Of a stretch of 62,028 nucleotides of DNA, positions 39,627 through 49,549 are shown piece after piece. The position numbers and the translations under genes are program-made. The notes under the pieces are model-generated. The model saw nothing but the letters and a program-made list of their open reading frames with translations, searched no databases and was not told the DNA's origin. Source of the DNA: Gemmatimonadaceae bacterium (GTDB taxonomy: Bacteria > Gemmatimonadota > Gemmatimonadetes > Gemmatimonadales > Gemmatimonadaceae); NCBI GenBank assembly GCA_044224875.1, contig JBGAJQ010000020.1, positions 1 to 62,028 of the forward strand. Reading direction: 5' to 3'. Position 1 is the stretch's first letter. Each line of letters begins with the position of its first letter.

Positions 39627-40697
39627 TCATGGACGGCGTGGCTCGGTGCGATCGTTTTCCGCCACCTGCAACCGCACCTGCATGGTGCCACCCGCCTTTG
39701 TGAATTCCGCCGTCCCTGCGGTGTAGCGGAACGCAAACTTGGTCGTGGTGAGCGGTACCAGCTCCATGGGAAACCCACGCCCGAACATGTCGAGCCAGAG
39801 CGCAGCGCCACGCTGCGTGACGACCGCCACCGCAGGCGCTCCGTCCTTTCCGTACGTCCCGACGTAGGTCTTGAGTGTCGAGGCAGGAACCGTGGCGGCC
39901 GGCTTTGTTTCGGCCAGACCGCGTTCATCGGTCGGGGCGTCGGGCAGCGGACGCACCCAGATGTTTCGAAAGCGCACCGGATGATCGTGATCCTGCAACA
40001 TCATCGGAAGCTCCCGCGGGTGCGACTTGTACGCGTCGTAGTGCAGCCAATTCGTTGGACCCCACAGTTCGGCGTTGTCCTGTACCAATACGCCATTGTG
40101 CAGCACCGTCAGCCGCGCCCGCGACGTGACCGCGCCCTTGGCATCGAATCGGGGCTGGTGAAAGATGATGTCGTAGGACTGCCACTCCCCGGTCGGACGC
40201 GAGGCGTTCACCAGCGGCGGGTGCTGGCCATAGAGTGATGCGGCTTGTCCGTCGGCGTACGTCTCGTTGGTGTACGAGTCCAACACCTGCACCTCGTACA
40301 ACCCCATCATGTAGACGCCACTGTTCCCGCGGTTCTGGCCGTTGCCGGCGTCGGTGGTCGGCGATGCCCATTCGACGTGGATCTGTGCGTCGCCGAACGC
40401 GCGCTTGGAGACGAGCGGTCCGGCGCCCGGGACGGTCTCGAAATATCCGTCACGCACGGCCCACTTGGCCGGCGATCCATCCTTCGACGCCCACTGGCTC
40501 AGGTCCTTCCCGTCAAACAGCACCACGGCATCGCTCGGTGGCTGCCCGGCCGTTCCGCCAGGTTGAACCTTTCGCGGTTTGGGCCGAGTCGTATCGTGCG
40601 CCTTCCAGCGGAAGCCGGCTTGGGCCCTTCCCGGCTGGGCCAACGCCATCGACAGGGCGAGGGCCGCGACCGTGGCACGCATGACGTGGTGAACCAT
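39627..40697 (-). CDS. exported DUF1080 (3-keto-disaccharide hydrolase family) protein with an extra C-terminal domain
   Basis: PPSDAVVLFDGKDLSQW, GNSGVY, YEVQVLDSY, GEWQSYDI, LQDHDHPVRFRNIWVR. Confidence 0.88.
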   Translation of the reverse strand: MVHHVMRATVAALALSMALAQPGRAQAGFRWKAHDTTRPKPRKVQPGGTAGQPPSDAVVLFDGKDLSQWASKDGSPAKWAVRDGYFETVPGAGPLVSKRAFGDAQIHVEWASPTTDAGNGQNRGNSGVYMMGLYEVQVLDSYTNETYADGQAASLYGQHPPLVNASRPTGEWQSYDIIFHQPRFDAKGAVTSRARLTVLHNGVLVQDNAELWGPTNWLHYDAYKSHPRELPMMLQDHDHPVRFRNIWVRPLPDAPTDERGLAETKPAATVPASTLKTYVGTYGKDGAPAVAVVTQRGAALWLDMFGRGFPMELVPLTTTKFAFRYTAGTAEFTKAGGTMQVRLQVAENDRTEPRRP

Positions 40698-40745
40698 GAC
40701 AGGAATCTCCCAGAGGTAGCGAATATCGCGGCGCGTGACCCGCGC

Positions 40746-43169
40746 CTAGCGTCCCAACTTCGACAGCATGTATTGGACGACGAGGTCGGTCGTGCTCCAG
40801 AGCTGCACGTCGCCTCCAGATCCATAGCGCACAGGCACCGGTCGCCCGTCGCGCCAGTCGTAGCTCCACAGCTCACTGCGAAACCCGGACGCTTCCACTT
40901 CCCGTCTGACCCGCGTGATGGCCGAGCGGAGATCGCGCGACACCGCCTGACGCGCCTCGTCAGGTGCGCCGCCCTCCGCCGCCAGCACGTGCTGCGCCGC
41001 GCCTAACAAGAAGAGGTTCACCTCGCGGCCCCAGGCAACCTTCGGCCCGTGGTACGCATCGCGCTCGAACGCCCGCGCCACGTCGGCGGGCGCGTATGCA
41101 TCGTTTGCCACCACGGGGCCGACTCCCGGCAGCAGCAAACCAACCGGATACTCACGAACGAAGAGCGACGCGTCGCGCACGGCATCGCGCTCAACGGCGT
41201 CGCTCCACCCGCCGCTCGTCCCTTCGTGCGCTCCCAGGAAGAGTCCGGTGGCGGGGTCCGTGTTGACGACGCGGATCGGCGTGCCGTCCGCGTTCAGGGC
41301 GAGCGCATCAAACACGAGCGAGTCGCTGGAACTCGCTGATTCGGCCAGACGCTGCGCCCAGTACCGGTGTGCCTCGGGGGACATCAGCGACAGTCGTGCG
41401 TCCACCGAACGGCGCACCTCGTCGGGTCCGAGTCGCACGACAAAGTGCTGAGCCGCCCCTTGCCACGTGGCGATCGCGGCGCGGAGGCGGGCTGGGTCCT
41501 GCAGGTAGGTGCCTAACGTGGACCCCACGGCAATCGTTGCGGGATCGCGCGCCAGGGAGTCCAGTGAAAAACCGAGCCGGGGCAATCGCTCGAGGATGAT
41601 CGCGATCGCCTCCAGGGCGTGTGGCGCCCAAATGGCGTTCACGTCCATTGCGTACCGTCCCCCGGCGTACCCGGCTCCACTGTCGCGCCACGACGCAGAA
41701 CCCCACCGGCCGTCCTCAGCCTGCGGAAAGGACACGAGGTTGGTCGCCACCGGCTGCGCCGCGTACGCGGACGTCATTCGGCAGACGAGCGTTAGTTCGC
41801 GCAACAGGCGCGAGAGCCGCGTGCCCGGGCCGTCCGTCCGGTCCAGCAGGAACGCGCGTTGATGGGCAGGCGACACGCGATCGTCGGCAAGCCAGCGTGC
41901 CGTCACTACCGGCAGCTGAAACTCGTCGTCGATCATGTGATAGTTCTCGCGTACGCGCCGGTGGTTCCGCAACACCGCGGTAGCACGCGCCAGCAGGGAG
42001 TCCGCCGCGCCGTCACGCGCACTGGACGCCCGTTGCCATCCCGCGACGAGGGCGGCGTATTCGGCGGCGGCTTCACGATCTGCCTGGCCACCTAACGCCT
42101 CTTCGTGACTCACCTCGCCAGTCGGCGACAGTTTGCGCAACACACTCGCGATCGCGAATTCGGACATCTCGGGGCGCCAGATGGGACGCATCATGAGCGT
42201 TGCCACCAGCATGTCGCGCCCGAAGTACGTGCCGTACGTTGGAAGTCCGGCCATGAGCTTTTCGCGCGAGGCGAGAAGCTCCACACCGCGGACGTTGCGC
42301 TCCAGCCACCGGCCGCGGACGTCCCGCGAATCGGCAGTGGCCTTGGCCAGGTAGTCGAGGAACTCCGTGGTGAAGATTGCCTCGCGAGGCAGGCGGGTGA
42401 GCGCAACGCCGGTCGTGGTGATGCGTACCGAGAACGGCACGTCGTCGCCGACCTTCGCTCGCAAGGTCAGGGTGGACCGCGCGCCATCGCGTTCCAGGGA
42501 CACCCGCCGCGGATCGACGGACAGCTCCAACGTCAACGTATCGCGCCCGTCCAGCGAGGGCTGCACTACGGTCACCGCCGTCCGACCCGGCGTTGCTTGC
42601 ATGCGGAGCGATGGGGTCAGCCGGGCACGAAGTGCTGCCGCGCTCGTCACCCTCAGCAGAGCGAGGTGTTGTCGCTGAACGGCCGGGGGGAGCTGTTCGA
42701 GCGCGTTCAGCAGTGAGCGCATCTCCGTCAGCATGAACTCCGCCGAGTCGAAGGGGGCGCGATGCCAGCCCCAGTACTGAAAGTCGCGCTCTACCCGCAT
42801 CGAACCGAGCAGAAACCATCCGATGTCGACTCGTCGGGCCGCTGCCACCAGAGGGTAGCTCAGACTGCGTGTCCGACCGCGGCGCCCGACGACCGCGCCG
42901 TCGCTGCCCCAACGGAGCGGCGCCTGGGCACCATTGGGGCCACGCACCGTGAACCCGATGCTTTCGTTTTCCCCATCCGCCCAGATATGAACGACCCGAT
43001 GCTGCCGTTGGTCCAAGTACGCCTGCAGCGTGTTGCCCGCGGCGTCCTTGAAGATCCGGGTCACATACCCTTGATACGCCGCGCTGTCATCCAGTCCCGC
43101 TTCGGGGAAAGACAACACCGGCAACGAGGCACTCGCGGCGAGTTGAGCGAGCAGCGCCAGGCCGAGCAT
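40746..43169 (-). CDS. exported uncharacterised six-hairpin glycosidase-like protein
   Basis: 807 aa with signal peptide; TYFGRD, GEVSHEE, YHMIDD, WRDSG..YAGGRY..DVNA, YHG..W, QLWS motifs typical of (alpha/alpha)6 glycogen-debranching-like families. Confidence 0.6.
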   Translation of the reverse strand: MLGLALLAQLAASASLPVLSFPEAGLDDSAAYQGYVTRIFKDAAGNTLQAYLDQRQHRVVHIWADGENESIGFTVRGPNGAQAPLRWGSDGAVVGRRGRTRSLSYPLVAAARRVDIGWFLLGSMRVERDFQYWGWHRAPFDSAEFMLTEMRSLLNALEQLPPAVQRQHLALLRVTSAAALRARLTPSLRMQATPGRTAVTVVQPSLDGRDTLTLELSVDPRRVSLERDGARSTLTLRAKVGDDVPFSVRITTTGVALTRLPREAIFTTEFLDYLAKATADSRDVRGRWLERNVRGVELLASREKLMAGLPTYGTYFGRDMLVATLMMRPIWRPEMSEFAIASVLRKLSPTGEVSHEEALGGQADREAAAEYAALVAGWQRASSARDGAADSLLARATAVLRNHRRVRENYHMIDDEFQLPVVTARWLADDRVSPAHQRAFLLDRTDGPGTRLSRLLRELTLVCRMTSAYAAQPVATNLVSFPQAEDGRWGSASWRDSGAGYAGGRYAMDVNAIWAPHALEAIAIILERLPRLGFSLDSLARDPATIAVGSTLGTYLQDPARLRAAIATWQGAAQHFVVRLGPDEVRRSVDARLSLMSPEAHRYWAQRLAESASSSDSLVFDALALNADGTPIRVVNTDPATGLFLGAHEGTSGGWSDAVERDAVRDASLFVREYPVGLLLPGVGPVVANDAYAPADVARAFERDAYHGPKVAWGREVNLFLLGAAQHVLAAEGGAPDEARQAVSRDLRSAITRVRREVEASGFRSELWSYDWRDGRPVPVRYGSGGDVQLWSTTDLVVQYMLSKLGR

Positions 43170-43182
43170 GGAGACCCGTCGT

Positions 43183-44223
43183 TCAGGCCTTGGCGCCCGC
43201 GGGCACCCGCGTCGCCACCGACCCCAACTCCACCAGCGTGGTCCGGATGCGCACGTCCATCATCGCGTCCGAATTGTGCTCGATGAGTCCGATAAGGAAG
43301 TGGGCCGTGCGCTCGCCGACCTCCACGCCGGAGTGCCTGAGGTGCGTGACGTTGGGGTGCAGGAACGTCGGGGCCTGTCCGTCGCTGATGGCCAGCAGCG
43401 ACACCTCGTCGGGGATCCTCACACCGCGCCGCATCAGCAGGTGGTGCGTGTGCACCAGCAGCTCATCGGTCATGGTGAAGATCGCCGTGAGGTCGGGGTG
43501 CAGCTCAAACGCGCGATTGAGCTGACTCTCCAATTCGTCGAGGATGGCGACTCGCAGGATTTGCGAGTCCGCTAGCTGGATGCTGGCTTCGCTGTGGCCG
43601 CGGCGGAATCCGCGTAGGCGCTGCGAGCTGATGCGCTGTCGCTGGTCACCGAAGATGCCGATGGACGTCGTGTGGCCATGCGCGATGAGGTACGCCGCCG
43701 CCTCGCGTCCCGCTTCCTGGTCGTCGATGGTAATGGTGGAATGCTTCGTGGTCTCGATCGTCTTGTCGAGCAGCACCGCGGGGATGTCGCAGTCGCGGAG
43801 GATGTTGAGGTGCGAGAGGTCGCTCGTTTCGGAGGAGAGGACGAGCAGCACGCCGTCGGCGGACAGGTGCGTGCAGTACTCGATGAGCCGGCGCTCCTGC
43901 ACAATCGAGTTGTCCGACTGAAAGACGATCAGTGAGTAGTCATTCTGTTGCACCACGCGGTTGATGCCGGCGATCATCGACGGGACGAAGAACATGTTCA
44001 TCTCCGGCACGATGAGCGCGATCAGGCGCGAATGCTTGGCGCGTAGGTAGCGAGCCCGGTAGTTGGGGATATAGTTCAGTGCCTGGGCGACTTCCCGCAC
44101 GCGTTCCTTCGTAGCGCTCGAGATATCCGGATGGTCGGCGAGCGCACGGGACACCGTGGGCATGGAGAGCCCCAGGCGCTTGGCGATGTCCTTCAGCGTG
44201 ATTCGGTTGCGGGTGCCAGCCAT
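43183..44223 (-). CDS. LacI-family transcriptional regulator
   Basis: ITLKDIAKRLGLSMPTVSRAL HTH, YIPN, periplasmic-binding-fold C-terminus, RIPDEVSL; start at ATG 44223. Confidence 0.95.
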   Translation of the reverse strand: MAGTRNRITLKDIAKRLGLSMPTVSRALADHPDISSATKERVREVAQALNYIPNYRARYLRAKHSRLIALIVPEMNMFFVPSMIAGINRVVQQNDYSLIVFQSDNSIVQERRLIEYCTHLSADGVLLVLSSETSDLSHLNILRDCDIPAVLLDKTIETTKHSTITIDDQEAGREAAAYLIAHGHTTSIGIFGDQRQRISSQRLRGFRRGHSEASIQLADSQILRVAILDELESQLNRAFELHPDLTAIFTMTDELLVHTHHLLMRRGVRIPDEVSLLAISDGQAPTFLHPNVTHLRHSGVEVGERTAHFLIGLIEHNSDAMMDVRIRTTLVELGSVATRVPAGAKA

Positions 44224-44252
44224 AGGTGGTATGCCCGGTAGGGTAATTGGGC

Positions 44253-44278
44253 CGCAATCGATTGCGTAATCGGTTGCG
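44253..44278. promoter_or_regulatory. two overlapping LacI-type operators
   Basis: Perfect palindrome CGCAATCGATTGCG (44253-44266) and near-copy CGTAATCGGTTGCG (44265-44278), each with central CG, between divergent lacI and susC. Confidence 0.75.
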
Positions 44279-44664
44279 CAACTCATTACGGTGAAGTCGC
44301 TTGCGCTGCAACCCGTTTATTGCTAAAAAAGGGGCCGGGCACAAGCACTTCGCCTCTATCTGCACAAACTCGCGACAGAAAGCAACGCATGTTTGCGGAA
44401 CTTCTTGCAGGGCAAGTTGCTCCTTCGTCGCCGCGGCCACACCGCGCCTTCTTGGGCGCGCTGCTACATAAATGGAGCCTCGTGTGGCGATCATTTCGCC
44501 ACGAACTCCGGCTCCACACGCCGTACCCCGCGCACCCTCGCTGAGTTTGACCTGTCCGATCGCCATCGCACGACGTCCGTCGTTAGGTGGCGCTGTTGTT
44601 TTCCCCCTTCGCGCATTCCCCCTTGGTCCCCTTTCCTCTCATCGCTTTTCCGGAGCGCAGACGC

Positions 44665-47600
44665 ATGGCAGTCACTCGATGTGTGTTGGCCGCGATGGTC
44701 TGCGGCCTGGTATCCGCCACCCCTCTCGCCGCCCAAGGCGTCACCGGCTCCATCGCCGGCCGCGTGGTTGATTCGGCGAGCCAACAAGTTGTCTCCAACG
44801 CCACGATCTCGATCGAAGGGACCCAGCGTGGGACGCTGACCCGCAACGACGGGGGATTCCTGCTCAGGGGAATTCCGGCTGGCACCGTTCGTGTTCGCGC
44901 CGCGCGAATTGGCTACGCGCCTCGAATTCGTGAGGTCACCGTCACGCCAAACCAGACGGTTTCCGTCGAGTTTGAGTTGACGGCGATCGCGACCACCCTG
45001 TCGCCGGTCGTTACGGTTGGCTATGGCACCCAACGTCGCGAGGCGGTCACCGGGGCCGTGGCCAGCATTGAGGCGAAGGACGCGAACGTCGGCGTCTCCG
45101 TGAACGCGAACGCGCTCCTCACGGCACGCGTCTCTGGCGTCCAAACGATCTCCAACAACGGTGAGCCGGGTGGTGCGGCGCAAATCCGCGTCCGCGGTGG
45201 CACATCGATCAGCGCCAGTAACGAGCCCCTTTACGTCATCGACGGCGTCCCGCTCCAGAACGAGAACAGCGTCGCCAAGGGCCCGAGCCTGGGCAATGAC
45301 TCGTATCAGCGGTCGCCCCTCAACTCGCTCAACCCCAGCGACATCTCCTCGATCACCGTCCTCAAGGATGCGTCGGCCACTGCCATTTACGGGTCGCGCG
45401 GCGCGAACGGCGTCGTGCTGATCGAGACGAAGCGTGGTTCGGCGGGCCCGGCGCAATTCGAGTACGAGACGTACGTCGCCGCTTCGCAGGCCGCCAACAG
45501 CCTCAACTACGCCTCAGCGAACCAGTATCGCACGTTCGTTCAGGCGCGAATCGCCGACGGTAGCCTTCCGGCGACCGCCGCGGCGGGGCTTGGCACGGCG
45601 AACACGGACTGGGAAAAGGCCGTTCAGCAGACCGGCATCACCCAGAACCACAACTTCTCGTTCATGGGTGGCTCCGCGAACACCCGCTATCGGGCGACGC
45701 TGAACTACTTCGACCAGCAGGGCGTCATCATCGAGAACGGCCTCAAGCGGTACCAGGGACGCATCAACGCCTCGAACTCCGCGAGCGGCGGCAAGTTGCA
45801 GAGCAACTTGAACCTGACGGTGTCGCGAGTCGAGAACAAGTTCCTTCCCTTCGAGAACGGCGGTGGATTCACCGGTGGCGTGTTCACGAACGTGGCCATC
45901 ATGAATCCCACGAAGCCGATCTACGTCGAGGATCCGGTAACGCACGTCAAGAAGTTCTACGAACTCGGTGCCGGTTCGCAGTCGGACCGCAACCCGGTGG
46001 CATTGGCCCGTCAGCTCATCGACGAAGCGCCGGAAAACCGCATCCTTGGGAACTTCACGGCGTCCTACTCCGTCCTGCCCAGCCTAACGGCGCGGACGAC
46101 GGTTGGCGCCGACTACAGCAACTCGGTCCGCCAGACCTACTGGCCATTGGCCAGCCCGGTTGGCGTCGGGACGGGCGGACTGGCCAAGCAGGCGGAACGC
46201 AGCCTGCAGAACCTGAACTTCCAGGGGCTCCTGACCTGGGCGCCGCATTTCAACGACAGCCACGACATCGAAGTGCTGGGCGGCTACGAATTCACACGCT
46301 TCGAGAACCGCGGATTCGAAGCGCAAATGCAGGGCTTCCTGACGGACGCCTTCCAGTTCAACAACCTGGGCGCTGGCACGCAGACGGGATCACCGGTCCC
46401 TGTCTCCTACATCCAGCAGAGCCGTCTGGTCTCGTTCTTCTCGCGCGCGAACTACAGCTACAAGGACCGCTACTTCCTCACCGGCGTGTTGCGCAACGAC
46501 GGTTCGTCGCGCCTCGCTCCGGGCCACAAGTGGCAGGTCTTCCCGGCCATCTCTGGCTCGTGGCGTTTGAGCCAGGAATCGTTCATGAAGGACGGTGCCT
46601 TCTCCAACCTGAGCATTCGCTTTGGCTACGGCCTGCAGGGAAATCAGGCGGTTGGTCCGTACCAAACGCAGCTGCTCCTGGGTACCAGCAGCTCGGCAAC
46701 CTATCCGTTCGGTGGCTCCGTGATCACCGGCTTCGGTGCCACGCAGGTCGCCAATCCTGACCTGAAGTGGGAAACCTCGACGCAGGCGAACGTCGGCGTG
46801 GATTGGGGCATCAAGAGCGACCGCATCACGGGAACGCTCGAGTTCTACCAGAAGAAGACAAAAGACTTGTTGTTCCGCGTCCCTGTGGCGCAGCCGGCGG
46901 TTGTGTCGGATCGGCTAGAAAACGTTGGCAGTCTGTCGAACACGGGCTTCGAGGCGAGCGTGGACGCAGAGCTCCTTAGCAAGGGCTCCATGAGCTTCTC
47001 GTCGGGCCTCGTCTTCAGCGTCGAGCGCAACAAGGTGGACGAGCTCGGGCTGGATCGGCAGTTCATCAACGTCGCATCCGTGAACGGACAGGGTCAGTCG
47101 GGTCGGTTCGCCCAGCGCCTTATCCCTGGCCAGCCGGTCGGAACTTTCTGGGGCCCAGTGTTCGCCGGCCTCAACTCCTCTGGCCAGCAGACGTTCAACA
47201 AGTACACGGTGACTCGCGACTCGAAGGGCCGCGAACTCACCCGCGTGCGCAATGGCACGACGACCTCGCCGGGCGGCGATGACGAAGTCATCATCGGCAA
47301 CGCCAACCCGAACTTCAGCCTTGGATTCCGAAGCAACGGCACGTGGAAGAAGTTCGACGCGAGCTGGCTGTGGCGTGCCGAAGTCGGTCGCGACGTCTTC
47401 AACAACACGGCGCTGGTCTACTCGACCACTGCCAGCGCGAAGCAGGGGCGCAACTTCATGGCCTCGGCGCTCTCGCAGAAGGACGCGTTTGGCGAGCCAG
47501 CGATCTATTCGTCGCGCTGGATCGAGAGCGGTTCGTTCATCCGGCTCCAGAACGTGACCGTTGGTTACACGTTCAAGGCACCAACGAGCATGGGTGGGCG

Positions 47601-47763
47601 CGACGCTCGCGTCTTTGTTTCCGGCGACAACCTCCTGCTTTCGACGCCGTACTCCGGCTACGATCCCGAGGTGTTTACCGGCAATGGAGTTGATCGTGGT
47701 GTGGACTACCTGATTTACCCGCGGGCCCGCACGTTCACGGGCGGCCTCCGCATCTCGTTCTGA
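44665..47763 (+). CDS. SusC/RagA-family TonB-dependent transporter
   Basis: Carboxypeptidase-regulatory-like N domain, VTVGYGTQ, IRVRGGTSI...EPLYVIDGVP, LKDASATAIYGSRGANGVVLI.TKRG, NPDLKWETS, YSGYDPE, YPRART, terminal F; GGAG upstream of ATG 44665. Confidence 0.95.
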   Translation: MAVTRCVLAAMVCGLVSATPLAAQGVTGSIAGRVVDSASQQVVSNATISIEGTQRGTLTRNDGGFLLRGIPAGTVRVRAARIGYAPRIREVTVTPNQTVSVEFELTAIATTLSPVVTVGYGTQRREAVTGAVASIEAKDANVGVSVNANALLTARVSGVQTISNNGEPGGAAQIRVRGGTSISASNEPLYVIDGVPLQNENSVAKGPSLGNDSYQRSPLNSLNPSDISSITVLKDASATAIYGSRGANGVVLIETKRGSAGPAQFEYETYVAASQAANSLNYASANQYRTFVQARIADGSLPATAAAGLGTANTDWEKAVQQTGITQNHNFSFMGGSANTRYRATLNYFDQQGVIIENGLKRYQGRINASNSASGGKLQSNLNLTVSRVENKFLPFENGGGFTGGVFTNVAIMNPTKPIYVEDPVTHVKKFYELGAGSQSDRNPVALARQLIDEAPENRILGNFTASYSVLPSLTARTTVGADYSNSVRQTYWPLASPVGVGTGGLAKQAERSLQNLNFQGLLTWAPHFNDSHDIEVLGGYEFTRFENRGFEAQMQGFLTDAFQFNNLGAGTQTGSPVPVSYIQQSRLVSFFSRANYSYKDRYFLTGVLRNDGSSRLAPGHKWQVFPAISGSWRLSQESFMKDGAFSNLSIRFGYGLQGNQAVGPYQTQLLLGTSSSATYPFGGSVITGFGATQVANPDLKWETSTQANVGVDWGIKSDRITGTLEFYQKKTKDLLFRVPVAQPAVVSDRLENVGSLSNTGFEASVDAELLSKGSMSFSSGLVFSVERNKVDELGLDRQFINVASVNGQGQSGRFAQRLIPGQPVGTFWGPVFAGLNSSGQQTFNKYTVTRDSKGRELTRVRNGTTTSPGGDDEVIIGNANPNFSLGFRSNGTWKKFDASWLWRAEVGRDVFNNTALVYSTTASAKQGRNFMASALSQKDAFGEPAIYSSRWIESGSFIRLQNVTVGYTFKAPTSMGGRDARVFVSGDNLLLSTPYSGYDPEVFTGNGVDRGVDYLIYPRARTFTGGLRISF

Positions 47764-47837
47764 TATCAACGGGGGTCCGCGACGCCACGGTGGTCGTCGC
47801 GGACCATTCCCACCCACTTGTCTTCTTCCTTGAGACG

Positions 47838-49400
47838 ATGAATCACATGGCGAAATTCTCTTCGTTTTCATTCCGACGCGCCGCCCGTAACGCCTTGGTC
47901 GTCGCAGGCGTATTCGGGGCCGTGGCGGGCTGCACGAATCTGGACGAGACTCCGCTCGACTCACTGACGCCGGGCAACGCGTTCAAGACGGACAACGAAA
48001 TCCTCGCTGGCGCCGCCTCGGTCTATGCGCAGCTGCGACAGACCATGTGGGCGTATTACAACCTCAGCGAGATCTCGACGGACGAGCAGATCGTTCCGAC
48101 GCGCGGCAACGACTGGTTCGACAACGGCCGCTGGATCGAGATCTACAAGCAGTCGTGGAGCGCAAACAGCGGATCGGCGCTCGACGACATGAACGGACTC
48201 TGGAACAACATGTTCTCAGGTGTCGCGAAGGCAAACCTGATGATCGACGTGGTCCAGAAGAGCACCAGCCCCACGAAGGATGCCAACCTCGCCGAGCTGC
48301 GTGTGCTCCGCGCGTGGTTCTACTACGTGTTGATGGACATGTTCGGTGGCATGCCGATCGTGACGACGACCGAGGTGAAGCCAGTCGGCCGTGTGTCGCG
48401 CGACTCAACCTTCAAGTTCATCGAAGCTGAGCTGAAGGCGGCGCTGCCCGCCCTCCCCGATCGTCCGGCGGCGTATGGTCGTGTCGCCAAGGGCGCGGCC
48501 AATGCGATCCTGGCGAACATGTACCTGAACGCCTCTGTATTCCAGGGAACGGTATCCGCCAGTGGCCTGCAGCGCGCCGCGGCGCGGTATCAAGAGGCGA
48601 TCACTGCCGCGGACCTCGTGCTCAACTCCGGCGTGTACTCGCTGGCGTCCGATTACAAGAGCAACTTCACGACAAGCAACGACGGATCGCCCGAGAACAT
48701 TTTCGTCATCAACCACGCGTCGAGCCCGCCGGGCATCGGCATGTCGCTGTCGCAGCGTTCGCTGCACTACGCGCAGGATGGCGTGCAGGGTGGTCCGTGG
48801 AACGGGTTCGCGACGATCGCCGAAACGTACCGCAAGTACGATCCGGCCGACGCTCGTCGCACGGTGTGGCTGACGGGTCAGCAGATTTCCTTCGAGACCG
48901 GAAAGAACGTCAACGATCGCGCCGGGGCGCCGCTCATCTTCACGGACACGATCGGCGACATCACCAAGGCCAACGAGAACGAGGGAGCCCGCATCAACAA
49001 GTTCCCGCCGCTGGTAACCGCCCCGTGCGGCGACTGCCACCCGAACGACTACCCGTATTTCCGCCTCGCCGAGATGTACATGATCAAGGCCGAGGCGCTG
49101 AATGAACTCGGTCAGACGGCACAGGCGGTAGCGATCCTGAATACCTTGCGCGCACGTGCCTTCTCGCCGGCCAAGCCGATCACGGCTACCACGCAAGCTG
49201 CAGTGCGCGACGCGATCCTGAACGAGCGCTTGTTCGAGTTCGCGGGCGAAGGGAAGCGTCGGCAGGACACCATCCGCATGGGTGGCTACCTCTCGGCACG
49301 CCAGTTCAAGGCGGCGACGGAGCCGTACAAGGTTCTCTTCCCGGTACCGATCACCCAGATCCAGAATAACCCCCTCCTGACGCAGAACGCCGGCTACTAA
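47838..49400 (+). CDS. SusD/RagB-family lipoprotein
   Basis: Lipobox VAGC; LRAWFYY..MDMFG..P, FRLAEMYMIKAEA, ILNERLFEFAGEGKRRQD.IR, NPLLTQN.GY. Confidence 0.93.
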   Translation: MNHMAKFSSFSFRRAARNALVVAGVFGAVAGCTNLDETPLDSLTPGNAFKTDNEILAGAASVYAQLRQTMWAYYNLSEISTDEQIVPTRGNDWFDNGRWIEIYKQSWSANSGSALDDMNGLWNNMFSGVAKANLMIDVVQKSTSPTKDANLAELRVLRAWFYYVLMDMFGGMPIVTTTEVKPVGRVSRDSTFKFIEAELKAALPALPDRPAAYGRVAKGAANAILANMYLNASVFQGTVSASGLQRAAARYQEAITAADLVLNSGVYSLASDYKSNFTTSNDGSPENIFVINHASSPPGIGMSLSQRSLHYAQDGVQGGPWNGFATIAETYRKYDPADARRTVWLTGQQISFETGKNVNDRAGAPLIFTDTIGDITKANENEGARINKFPPLVTAPCGDCHPNDYPYFRLAEMYMIKAEALNELGQTAQAVAILNTLRARAFSPAKPITATTQAAVRDAILNERLFEFAGEGKRRQDTIRMGGYLSARQFKAATEPYKVLFPVPITQIQNNPLLTQNAGY

Positions 49401-49431
49401 ACCGAAGGGTTGGTCCAAAATTTAGGTTTAT

Positions 49432-49465
49432 GACATAGCCTGTTCCGAAAGGGACAGGCTATGTC
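49432..49465 (+). terminator. strong stem-loop after susD (terminator or RNA-stabilising hairpin)
   Basis: GACATAGCCTGTTCC-GAAA-GGGACAGGCTATGTC; no U tract follows. Confidence 0.6.
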
Positions 49466-49549
49466 GCACTTGGGCGCTTCTATATCGGTCTCTGGTGAGG
49501 CGCTATCTTTGCTAGCGCGCGCCCTTTTCCATTCTTGTCGAGCTTTCCG

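Noticed and set aside
44224..44286. Upstream extension of the lacI ORF
   Set aside because: It overlaps the operator palindromes; the HTH begins right after ATG 44223.
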